In this document: positions 22,986 through 31,829 of the stretch, one piece after another | How positions within the stretch are numbered: position 1 is the first letter of the stretch | Layout: each line of letters starts with the position of its first letter | DNA from: Candidatus Saccharimonadota bacterium | GTDB taxonomy: Bacteria > Patescibacteriota > Gracilibacteria > UBA1369 > 2-02-FULL-48-14 | Length of the DNA: 32,000 nucleotides | NCBI GenBank assembly: GCA_016699145.1 | Contig: CP064962.1 | Location: forward strand, 210,001 to 242,000 | Direction of reading: 5' to 3' | Notes under the pieces: generated by a model | Seen by the model: the letters and a program-made list of their open reading frames with translations, nothing else | The model's database searches: none | What the model was told of the DNA's origin: nothing | Translations under genes and position numbers: made by a program

Positions 22986-25226
22986 TTATTCCGTAATCGC
23001 AATGTAACTCGCTTCTAAAGCTCCTTCAAAATCTTCCAAATTCAAATCGGGCAAGGTGTGAAGCTCGCTGCCCACTTCCCAAACGATTTCAGAAAGGCGA
23101 TGGGCATCCGCATCGTAAGTCCCTGAAACTGGCAGATTGAACGCAGAGGCGACTCCTTCAAAAGTGAATGTATTTTCATCCACGTCCACAACGGTGAAAG
23201 TGAAGGCGCTCACCTCGAGTCCGGCCACTTCAAATTGGCTTTGAATGAGCTCCAAAGCCACCGATTCCGTCAAAGGAACTTCTTCCACAGGAGCAAGGTC
23301 CTCATCATCAGGAACAGGAGCTTGTTCAGCCATGGCGGATTCAATCACCTTGTTCGCGTTTTCCAAGGTCAAACCTGTTGAAAAACGCAGTTCGCCCACC
23401 ACCACATCATAAAGGATTTGCCCTTCCCTATCGTATTTTCCAGTAAAAGAGTACCCCGCAGTGCGCCCTCCTATGACCTCAAAAAGCCGATGGGCACTGT
23501 CGCCCAAGCTTTCCACATCTTTGTATTGAATATTATGAGTGTAAAGCTGATCCTTAGCCTCCGTGGTTGCTTCCTCTAAAGTCAGCCCCGTTGCTTCAGT
23601 TTGGCCTTCTCGAATGTTTTGCAAATAAGCATTGAGGTCTTCAAGATCGGCCACTTTCTTTTTATAATCCACCAAGCCTTCTTCAAAAGAATCATAAGAA
23701 TAAAATTCTGGTGAATTCATGAATTGAACCGACAAAGTGTATTCTTTGAGCTTGGATTCAAAATAGTCCTTCACCGCCACTTCAGAATGGATTCCATTCA
23801 TATAAGTTTCAGATTCATAAATCAGTTCTTCGGCCAAAGCACTGGCTTCTTTCACCGTGATTTTTTTCTCAAGAACATAGTTGAAAAGATTAGAAAGGAA
23901 GCGCAATTTGCTTTGCACAAAAGTTTGACGTTCTTCATCCAAGTTTTCTTCTGCTCCCGCCAAGGCAAAAATTTTCTCTTCCAAGGCTTTGAGCAAATGA
24001 GTGGCATCCGTGCTGTAAAACACAGAATTGCTGCGCAGCATCAGTTCCAAAAGAATGTATTCTCGATGGATTTCAGCCAAATGCTCCGCCCCATCAAAAG
24101 CGCCGCTGTCGAGCAACGCTTCAAACCGAAGCTGATAACGAGCATAAGCTTGCTCCGCCTCCACCTGAGAAGCTCGTCCCAACAAATCTTCAATTTGGGC
24201 ATATTCACGGCGCAAAGCGAGCAGGGGCTCTTCATGAGGGAACAGGAGCTGTGCCGTCGCTTCTTTAACAGGGTAAAGTTCATCCCCAGGTAAAACAAAA
24301 AACAAGGAGGAATAAAGGTCGTGCAACTCCAGCGGATCTTGTTCATAGCTCTTCCATTCGCTCAACCAATAAGCCGCAGCGTTGGCATCTCCATAAAGAA
24401 AATGACTGATGGCATAGGTGAGCGCGGCCGCCTTGCGGTCTTCTTCCAGCCGGGTTTCTGCACTAGGAATCACCGTCACCACCTGTTGAAAAGACTCATA
24501 ACCATTGGAAACCTGGGAACCCAGACCTGCAAGAGCAGGGCCAAAATCGCTGTTTTCTTGAGTTTCGTTCAAAAAAGCCAAAGTGCTTTCTTCATAACGG
24601 GCTTTAACAGAAAGCAAAGCCTCATTCATGGATTCACTTAAATCTTCATCAGAAAGCGCATAAATAGGGAATTCTTTCGAAAGTTTGGCGAGGCGAAGTT
24701 TAGCCAAAACCTCGTTGACTTTAAGAGCCGAAACCTTCATACGATGCCCCCCAGGCACATCCAAAGCGTTCAAAAGCTCGCCCTCTTGGGTGAAGGTCAA
24801 CAAAGCCGGATGTTCCACGGCATAAACCACCAAATCTTCCGTTTCGGAATCCACACTCACCACCAGCAAATTGTGCTGCGAAAGCACCGTGGCATGAGGA
24901 GTGATCACCTCCACACTGAGTTCATCGGCAAGGGTGTAAACAAGCACACTGCCCTCTTCTAAAAGCAAATCCACATCAGAAGATTGCTCATCCCATTGCA
25001 GTTCCACCTTAGAATCAGGAAAAATCGCTACGCCATCTTTGCCATTCAAAGTGAAGGCACTGTAGTCCTTGACTTCCACGCTTTGATTCAAAGGCAAATG
25101 ACCTTCATAAACAATGCCTTTTTCAACGGAAGCTTGGGAGGGTTGCAAAAAAAACAGAGTCCACGTGGAAGCGGCCAAAGCCAGAGCACCGAGTGTCAAA
25201 CTGTTGAGAAGCGTGCTAATTTTCAT
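22986..25226 (-). CDS. large secreted or membrane-anchored acidic protein (746 aa), unknown function
   Basis: N-terminal signal/anchor MKISTLLNSLTLGALALAASTWTLFFLQPSQA. The following ~130 aa beta-rich segment (VLVYT...VEVITPHATVLSQHNLLVVSVD...VVYAVEHPALLTF) weakly resembles a FecR-type domain. The rest is unrecognised. It sits 20 nt downstream of the HExxH gene. Confidence 0.65.
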   Translation of the reverse strand: MKISTLLNSLTLGALALAASTWTLFFLQPSQASVEKGIVYEGHLPLNQSVEVKDYSAFTLNGKDGVAIFPDSKVELQWDEQSSDVDLLLEEGSVLVYTLADELSVEVITPHATVLSQHNLLVVSVDSETEDLVVYAVEHPALLTFTQEGELLNALDVPGGHRMKVSALKVNEVLAKLRLAKLSKEFPIYALSDEDLSESMNEALLSVKARYEESTLAFLNETQENSDFGPALAGLGSQVSNGYESFQQVVTVIPSAETRLEEDRKAAALTYAISHFLYGDANAAAYWLSEWKSYEQDPLELHDLYSSLFFVLPGDELYPVKEATAQLLFPHEEPLLALRREYAQIEDLLGRASQVEAEQAYARYQLRFEALLDSGAFDGAEHLAEIHREYILLELMLRSNSVFYSTDATHLLKALEEKIFALAGAEENLDEERQTFVQSKLRFLSNLFNYVLEKKITVKEASALAEELIYESETYMNGIHSEVAVKDYFESKLKEYTLSVQFMNSPEFYSYDSFEEGLVDYKKKVADLEDLNAYLQNIREGQTEATGLTLEEATTEAKDQLYTHNIQYKDVESLGDSAHRLFEVIGGRTAGYSFTGKYDREGQILYDVVVGELRFSTGLTLENANKVIESAMAEQAPVPDDEDLAPVEEVPLTESVALELIQSQFEVAGLEVSAFTFTVVDVDENTFTFEGVASAFNLPVSGTYDADAHRLSEIVWEVGSELHTLPDLNLEDFEGALEASYIAITE

Positions 25227-25246
25227 TTAATCTGTTAGCTATCTGT

Positions 25247-25702
25247 TCATTGTAGCACAAATTTCAAGAATTTTAAAGCCAATGAACGCGAACGCCGTGG
25301 AAAGGCTTCTTCCAGCACCTTGGGCCAATGATTTTTGGTCCACTGTTTTTCATAAGCACTCAAAAGTCCCAGTCCACGCTTACGAAATTCACGTTCAATC
25401 ACTCCCCCTGCATGCGGCGACTTATACTTGCGCGGCAAAGGCGAAGAAAAACCGTGAGCATAATGCGAAAGTTCGTGCGCCAAAGTGGCTTGCACAATCT
25501 GTTCCGGAATTTTTTCGTCGCGAAAAAGGCCATTGACCGTGATCACACTCACTCGCGCGTCTGGACGCATTTTAATGGAGCCAAAACGGCGTTGCGCCCG
25601 GCGTCCCCAATGCACATCCAAGCGGTTCACAACGGACAAGTCCGAAAAAGAACCTTTGAGGAGCGAATCGAGTTGAGCTTCCAGCCACTGAGCACTGCGC
25701 AT
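25247..25702 (-). CDS. SprT-like / DUF45-like zinc metalloprotease-fold protein (HExxH)
   Basis: 151 aa with ...RRFGSIKMR...ITVNGLF...ATLAHELSHYAH (HExxHxxH). It lies 17 nt downstream of the VirB4-like gene. Confidence 0.55.
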   Translation of the reverse strand: MRSAQWLEAQLDSLLKGSFSDLSVVNRLDVHWGRRAQRRFGSIKMRPDARVSVITVNGLFRDEKIPEQIVQATLAHELSHYAHGFSSPLPRKYKSPHAGGVIEREFRKRGLGLLSAYEKQWTKNHWPKVLEEAFPRRSRSLALKFLKFVLQ

Positions 25703-25719
25703 AGTTCAAGCCTAGCAAA

Positions 25720-27807
25720 TTATTTTTGTTCTGGAAATTGCACGGGAATGTCTTGCACAGGCGGAGTCAGAGGAGTGGCAGAAGCAACAGGCCCAGGCGG
25801 CAGCACCGTTTTAGGCGCTTCAATCGCATGATCCAGCACGCTGGCCACATTTTCAGTGAAACCAGCCTCGAGCTTCTTTTCTTCTCCACCAGCGGGGCTG
25901 GGAGCCGGCTCGGGTGTTTCGGCTTCTGTAACTGTTTCTTCCGTTTCAAATTCAGCGCTGGCATTGGATTTGGCCAGCATCTCTTCAGGATTGGTCGTTA
26001 CAATTTTATCTTCACTGAACGAAGCAATCACTTGAATAGCCACGTGCTTGAGTCCGGCAAAGAAAAGTCCCTGCCCCACGCCCGAGTTGAGCAGCATGTA
26101 TTTCTCCCCTTCCGTCAGATTGAAAACCTTAGAAAGCGGCTCAATGGCCGAAGGCGACTGCTTGAGCAAAAGTTGAAGCGAAGAGTTGGTGATGATGGGT
26201 TTTCCATAAGGACTGCTCACAAAATCTTCCACGTCCTGAGTAATAGTGGTCACACCCAAATAATATTTACGAGCACGCTTCACAAGTCCAAAGAGGAATT
26301 TAGCGCTGTCTTCATGTTGCATGAGTGACCAGGCTTCATCAATAACCAGGATGCGTTTTTTGAGCGAAGACCTCACACGATTCCAAATGTAATTCAAAAT
26401 GATGTACATTGCGACGGGTCGCAGTTCATCCTCCAAATCGCGCACCGAAAAGACCATGAGTCCGGTGTCCAAGGTCACATTGGTCTCTTTATTGAAGACT
26501 CCGGCGTAGGTCCCTGTCACGTATTTAGCAATGCGCTGAGCCATATCGGCGGCTCCGTCCATGGCTGAAAGCACGCTGTAAAAATCTGCCATAGTGGGCA
26601 CGGCGTAAGTCGAGATGTCCACCACATCCATAGTGATTCCCTTTGTGGCGTAAGTGTCGATGAGGGCTTTGTCCAAAATGCCTTCTTCTTGAGCTGAAAT
26701 CTGCCCGAGCATGAGTCGCATGAGACCCGTCAGGCTGATCACCGAACTGCGCAGTAAATCACCTGGTTTGAGCTCCTCACCCTCCAACGGCGTAGGCAAA
26801 TCAAAAGGATTGATGCGTCGATCGGAGTTGAGTGACACGTTCAAATAGGTTCCGCCCACTGTTTCACACAAAGCTTTGTATTCGTTTTCAGGATCAATGA
26901 CAATCACGTCCGTTCCAAACATCAGCGAACGCAAAATCTCGAGCTTCACCGCATAAGACTTCCCGGCCCCGGACTTGGCAAACACCGTGGAATTGGCATT
27001 TTCAAGCGAGAAACGATCAAAAATAATGAGGGATTCATTGTGCCGATTGAGTCCATATAAAATTCCGTCGTTCGAGGTGAGTTCTGCCGAAATAAAGGGG
27101 AAAGTGGTGGACAGCGGCGAGGTGTTCATGTTGCGCTGCACCGAAAGCTCATCTAAACAGATGGGAATTGTGGAATTAAAAGCGCGCTCCATTTGCAAGT
27201 CGGCACGTTTAGAAAGCACCAATTTTCCGGCCAATAAACTTTGTAGCTCCTTACTGGCACGCCTAAGTTCTTCTTCATTGGGAGAATAAATAGTGAAATA
27301 AAGTCCAAATTGAAAGAATTTCTCCTGACCTCGTTGCAACTCAGTACGCAGGGTCTCGGCATCTTCCAAAGCGGTTTCCAAAGCCGGATCACGCACATTT
27401 CCCTTCTCTGAAGCCATGCGAATGGAAGATTGAAGTTGTGCCACTTTGGTTTTAAGCACCTTCATGATGTCCTCCGAAGAAATCGGATAAATATACTGCG
27501 AAACATCCATGGTCACATCAAAATTCACCACCGGGCTGAGCCAATTGGTGTCGATATAACGAGGATAGGTGTAAACGAAAAAAGTTTGAGCAAAAAAACC
27601 ATCGATTTTGAGGTGATCATAAGCCGTCTCAAAAGAAGAAGGAGCAATCAAATCGCGAATGGAGGCAATGCCTTCTTGAAACAGTTTCTCCGCTTGCAAA
27701 ATTTTTGCACGATCCGGGGCGGCTTCGGCCTTGGTGTTCACTTTGGACGCAGCGGTGGCTGCAGGGCTTGTTGAAGCGGTTTGTATGGGCGTCGTATTAT
27801 CGGCCAT
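25720..27807 (-). CDS. VirB4/TraC/TrbE-like type IV secretion ATPase
   Basis: Walker A FAKSGAGKSY (26953-26982) and Walker B ILVIDEAW (26329-26352). Overall N-terminal plus P-loop architecture matches Gram-positive-type VirB4 homologues. C-terminal ~90 aa acidic/Pro-rich tail. Confidence 0.8.
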   Translation of the reverse strand: MADNTTPIQTASTSPAATAASKVNTKAEAAPDRAKILQAEKLFQEGIASIRDLIAPSSFETAYDHLKIDGFFAQTFFVYTYPRYIDTNWLSPVVNFDVTMDVSQYIYPISSEDIMKVLKTKVAQLQSSIRMASEKGNVRDPALETALEDAETLRTELQRGQEKFFQFGLYFTIYSPNEEELRRASKELQSLLAGKLVLSKRADLQMERAFNSTIPICLDELSVQRNMNTSPLSTTFPFISAELTSNDGILYGLNRHNESLIIFDRFSLENANSTVFAKSGAGKSYAVKLEILRSLMFGTDVIVIDPENEYKALCETVGGTYLNVSLNSDRRINPFDLPTPLEGEELKPGDLLRSSVISLTGLMRLMLGQISAQEEGILDKALIDTYATKGITMDVVDISTYAVPTMADFYSVLSAMDGAADMAQRIAKYVTGTYAGVFNKETNVTLDTGLMVFSVRDLEDELRPVAMYIILNYIWNRVRSSLKKRILVIDEAWSLMQHEDSAKFLFGLVKRARKYYLGVTTITQDVEDFVSSPYGKPIITNSSLQLLLKQSPSAIEPLSKVFNLTEGEKYMLLNSGVGQGLFFAGLKHVAIQVIASFSEDKIVTTNPEEMLAKSNASAEFETEETVTEAETPEPAPSPAGGEEKKLEAGFTENVASVLDHAIEAPKTVLPPGPVASATPLTPPVQDIPVQFPEQK

Positions 27808-27823
27808 GGATGGGGTTCTTTTT

Positions 27824-27839
27824 ATCTTATCATCTTATC
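27824..27839. repeat. tandem octamer ATCTTATC x2 in the virB4-like / toxin-antitoxin divergent intergenic region
   Basis: atcttatc at 27824-27831 and 27832-27839. An inverted partner agatgat lies at 27872-27878. On the minus strand the repeat reads TAAGAT-GA-TAAGAT, two candidate -10 boxes. Confidence 0.6.
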
Positions 27840-27904
27840 ACGAAATGACCAGATTTACTAGACCTTTGCCTAGATGATGATAGAATAAAGGTACCCACTA
27901 CATT

Positions 27905-28132
27905 ATGAATCCAAAGTATAAAAAAATCATCACCATAGAGGCGGGAAAACGCGGCGGAAAGGCTTGTATTCGAAATATGCGCATTTCTGTTTATGATGTA
28001 CTCAAAATGCTGGCTTCTGGGATGAAACATGATGAGATCTTGGAGGATTTTCCAGAATTAACAGAAGAAGACATACAAGCCTGCATGGAATATGCTGCAG
28101 AACGGGAACGTAATTTAAGCAGCATAGTCTAG
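27905..28132 (+). CDS. DUF433-family antitoxin-like protein
   Basis: 75 aa: ITIEAGKRGGKACIRNMRISVYDVLKMLASGMKHDEILEDFPELTEEDIQACMEYA matches the DUF433 pattern as I remember it. Its stop overlaps the next start by 1 nt. Confidence 0.75.
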   Translation: MNPKYKKIITIEAGKRGGKACIRNMRISVYDVLKMLASGMKHDEILEDFPELTEEDIQACMEYAAERERNLSSIV

Positions 28133-28464
28133 TGAAGCTCTTGTTTGATCAAAACCTTTCGTACAAACTAGTCAACGAGCTCGCTGATCTTTTCCCGGGG
28201 TCAAAGCATGTTCGCTTACTGGGTCTTGAAGAAGCAAGTGATGAAGAGATTTGGGATTATGCAGAGAGGGAGGAATTTACGATTATCACCCAAGATTCCG
28301 ACTTTAACGAAAGGGGTCTATTATTTGGCCATCCCCCTAAAATAATTTGGCTCCGTTGTGGAAATAGAAGAAGCAAAGAAATCAAAATGCTCCTCACGAA
28401 GAATCTAAAAACGATCATGAGCTTCTGCCAAGACGAAGAACTAGGATGTTTGGAGATTTATTAG
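28132..28464 (+). CDS. DUF5615-family (PIN-like) toxin-like protein
   Basis: 110 aa with a GTG start: MKLLFDQNLSYKLVNEL...GLEEASDEEIWDYAEREEFTIITQDSDF... fits the DUF5615 partner of DUF433. Confidence 0.7.
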   Translation: MKLLFDQNLSYKLVNELADLFPGSKHVRLLGLEEASDEEIWDYAEREEFTIITQDSDFNERGLLFGHPPKIIWLRCGNRRSKEIKMLLTKNLKTIMSFCQDEELGCLEIY

Positions 28465-28480
28465 AGTAAGCTGCTCAAAC

Positions 28481-29080
28481 CTATTTAACTTTTTGCAGGG
28501 AATCTTTTTTTAAAAGCTCTCGGAGAACTTCAGGAGAAGGCCATCCCGTAAAAGATCGAGAGTTACGATCATACTCCCAATGTCTCTGCTCTACATAAGG
28601 AACAACACCAAATTTAGACACAGCGCTCTCAACAGCGCTCTCAACAGCGCTCTGAAAACCCGCATTTAAATTCTGAGCAAACCCACAGAGATCTGGAAGG
28701 TTACAGAAAGTTCGGTTAACGAAGAAAGGATAATCAGGAAGCTGAGGCAAAGAGATTTGGCAACGAACGGGATGAGTAGGCATACAGAACCTATCTTCGA
28801 GCTCATCTGCGGAAGAAAAAATCGATATTTGCGCCTTAATCGAAGGTTCCTGGCTCTTGGGATCAAGCTCAGTCCCCCACGTTGGATCGCACAAAGCAGA
28901 TGAAAAACGACCTGCAAAAGGCAAAGCTGGATGCAACGATCGTATGGTCGAACGTACAGGGTCATTTCCACCATTGCTTTTCCTGAAAGAATCAATGATT
29001 CTCTTCAATTTGGGATTCTCTGCCCCTCCAAGGTGATCGTAGTAGAGTCGAGCGCTCTCAGAAAGAAATTCTTCAGGCAT
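28481..29080 (-). CDS. hypothetical protein (199 aa), no recognised family
   Basis: ORF-track ORF with an ATG start, preceded by a TTGACA-N16-TATTGT motif. Contains an in-frame 12-nt tandem repeat. Confidence 0.5.
   Translation of the reverse strand: MPEEFLSESARLYYDHLGGAENPKLKRIIDSFRKSNGGNDPVRSTIRSLHPALPFAGRFSSALCDPTWGTELDPKSQEPSIKAQISIFSSADELEDRFCMPTHPVRCQISLPQLPDYPFFVNRTFCNLPDLCGFAQNLNAGFQSAVESAVESAVSKFGVVPYVEQRHWEYDRNSRSFTGWPSPEVLRELLKKDSLQKVK
28621..28656. repeat. 12-nt tandem repeat x3 (cagcgctctcaa), in frame (SAVE/AVES x3)
   Basis: Copies at 28621-28632, 28633-28644 and 28645-28656. The third copy has one mismatch. Confidence 0.85.
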
Positions 29081-29105
29081 ACGTGAGACAGATTAAGTAT
29101 GTTTA

Positions 29106-29133
29106 ACAATAAACGAAAAAAAAACTTTGTCAA
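29106..29133 (-). promoter_or_regulatory. candidate promoter of ORF 28481-29080
   Basis: Minus strand has TTGACA (29128-29133), a 16-nt spacer and TATTGT (29106-29111). Confidence 0.35.
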
Positions 29134-29155
29134 GCATATCTCACATGCCTAAAAA
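29127..29155 (+). promoter_or_regulatory. candidate gyrA promoter
   Basis: TTGTCA (29127-29132), 17-nt spacer, TAAAAA (29150-29155). Its -35 shares the quasi-palindrome TTTGTCAA with the divergent minus-strand promoter. Confidence 0.35.
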
Positions 29156-29199
29156 ATAAGCTGTGCTAAACTACGCGCGAAGTTCTTTTTAACTTTTCT

Positions 29200-31829
29200 A
29201 TGCCCGACGAAAACAAACTGCCCGAAGACGAAAATTCAGACGAACTCGAACCCGAAGAAACCCAGCCTGAAGCCTCAGAAGAAAGCGCGCCCGAACCCAA
29301 AGCTGAACTTGCTCCCGAAAACTCCAACGAACTCTTTGCCGCCGGAAAAATCTTCCCTCGCCACATTGTAGAAGAAATGGAAGAAAGTTATCTCGATTAC
29401 GCCATGAGCGTGATCGTTTCTCGTGCCCTGCCAGATGTGCGTGACGGAATGAAACCCGTGCACCGCCGCATCTTATACGCCATGCACGAACTCGGCCTCC
29501 GCAGCAGCGCCGGGTATCGAAAATCCGCAGCCGTGGTCGGAGAAGTGCTTGCTAAGTACCACCCCCACGGGGACAGTGCGGTGTACGAATCCATGGTGCG
29601 CCTCGCTCAGGATTTCTCGCTGCGTTACACCCTGGTGCGCGGACAAGGAAACTTCGGTTCCATCGACGGAGACAACGCCGCAGCGATGCGTTACACCGAG
29701 GCAAAAATGGAAAAAATCACGGATGAAATGATGGCCGACATCGATAAAGAGACCGTGGACTTTTTACCCAACTACGACGGACGCTATCAAGAACCCCGCG
29801 TGCTGCCCACTCGCATCCCTCAATTGCTCCTCAACGGAACCATGGGAATCGCCGTGGGAATGGCCACCAACATTCCTCCTCACAACCTCACCGAAGTGAT
29901 GGACGCCCTCATCGCGCTTTCCAAAGACCCCGATCTTGAAATAGATGGCCTCATGGAATACATCCAAGGACCCGATTTCCCCACAGGGGCAACCCTATAC
30001 GGCAAAGAAGCAATCAAAGGAATGTACACGACCGGACGCGGTGGAGTGACTGTGCGCGCCAAAGCCGAAATTCAAGAAGAAAAAAGTGGACGTTTCCGCA
30101 TTGTGATCACGGAAATTCCTTACCAAGTCAACAAAGCCAGTCTGGTTGAAAAAATTGCCGAACTGGTGACCGAAAAGAAAATTGTGGGTATTTCTGACCT
30201 GCGCGACGAATCCAACCGTGAAGGAATGCGCATTGTGATCGAACTCAAAAAGACTCCTACCCCAACAAGATTTTGAACCAGCTCTACAAGCTCACCCCGT
30301 TGCAGATCAACTTCAACGTGAACATGATTGCGTTGGTGGATGGCATCCAACCTCGCCTTTTGAACCTCAAACAAGTGCTGGAGTACTTCATCTTGCACCG
30401 AAAAGAAGTCATCACTCGCCGCACGGTTTACGAACTCAAAGTCGCTAAAGCTCGCGCTCACATTTTAGAAGGGCTCAAAATTGCGCTCGACCACATCGAT
30501 GAAGTCATCGCCACCATTCGTGCCGCCGACACCAAAGAAGAAGCGCACGCCGCCCTCATCAAGAAGTTCAAGCTCTCCGATTTGCAAGCCACGGCCATCC
30601 TCGAAATGCGTCTGCAAACCCTCGCCGGCCTGGAACGCAATAAGATTGAAGACGAACTCAAAGAAAAGATTGCCCTCATTGAAGAGCTCGAAGGCATTTT
30701 GGCCGATGAAAAGAAGGTTTTGAAAATCATGCAGGCTGAATTCAAGGAAATCAAAGACAATTACGGCGATGCACGCCGCACCGAAATCGTGCCTCACGCC
30801 CTCGGTGAATTCTCTGTAAAAGACACCATTCCGAACGAGGACATGGTGGTGGTGCTCACCGAAGAAAATTACATCAAGCGCGTGCACCCCTCCGCCTTCA
30901 CTCGCCAAGCGCGCGGAGGTCAAGGTAAACTCGCCATGAGCACCAAAGAAGAGGATGAAATCGCCATTTTGCGCTTCGCTCGCAACCACGACAAACTGCT
31001 GTTCTTTACGAACACCGGGCGCACTTTCCAACTGCCTGTCTACGAATTGCCCAAAGCAACTCGCCAGGCCAAGGGAACCCCGCTCATCAACCTGATCCAA
31101 CTCACCAAAGATGAAACCGTTACCGCCATGCTCGTGGTGGTGGACGAAAAATTCGGCGGACAATTCCTCTTCATGGCCACCGAAAAAGGAACCGTGAAAA
31201 AAACACCTGTCGAAGACTTTAAAAATGTGCGCAAATCAGGACTCATCGCCATCAAGCTCCGCGAGGACGACTGCCTCTCTTGGGTGAAACAAAGTTCTGA
31301 AGGAGACCATATTATGATGGTGACTCGCGAAGGAAAATGCATCCAGTTCGATCAAGCCGACGCTCGCCCGATGGGACGCGCTTCCATGGGAGTGCGTGGC
31401 ATCAAACTCAGAGCTGGAGATGAAGTCGTAGAAATGGATGTGGTCAAAGACATGAGCTCCGACTTACTGGTCGTGATGGAAAATGGACTTGGAAAACGAA
31501 CTCCACTTGAGGAATATCGCTTCCAAGGACGCGGAGGGTCCGGCGTGAAAACCGCCAACCTCACCGAAAAGACCGGCAAACTCGTGGGCGCCAAAGTCAT
31601 TGAACCCGGCACCGAAGGCGACATCATGATTGTTTCCAAAAAAGGAGTGATGATCCGCAGCAGTTTAGACAGCGTGCCCGCTCGAGGACGCGCCACCCAA
31701 GGCGTCTACCTGATGCGTGTGAAGGGCGACGACAAAGTCGCTTCCATGTCCTTCATTGAGAAAGGAGAAGAAGGCGAAGGCAGCACCGAAGAAGAAGAAA
31801 CCACAGAAGAACAGACGGCTCTTGTGTAA
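29200..31829 (+). CDS. gyrA: DNA gyrase subunit A, reading frame interrupted by a 1-nt shift (ORFs 29200..30276 and 30273..31829)
   Basis: [30 protein letters not shown], active-site region AAMRYTE, then ...[11 protein letters not shown]. The frame breaks at the A5 run 30247-30251. Slipping back one base continues [28 protein letters not shown] into the C-terminal ORF (beta-pinwheel repeats, acidic tail). Confidence 0.93.

Noticed and set aside
27808-29199. Replication origin at the divergent gyrB-side / gyrA-side strand switch. The TTATC-containing repeats at 27824-27845 resemble partial DnaA boxes.
   Set aside because: The best matches to TTATCCACA are 6/9 (cttatcacga). There is no cluster of boxes, no dnaA or dnaN nearby, and other strand switches occur in the window at ~7.8 kb and ~17.8 kb.
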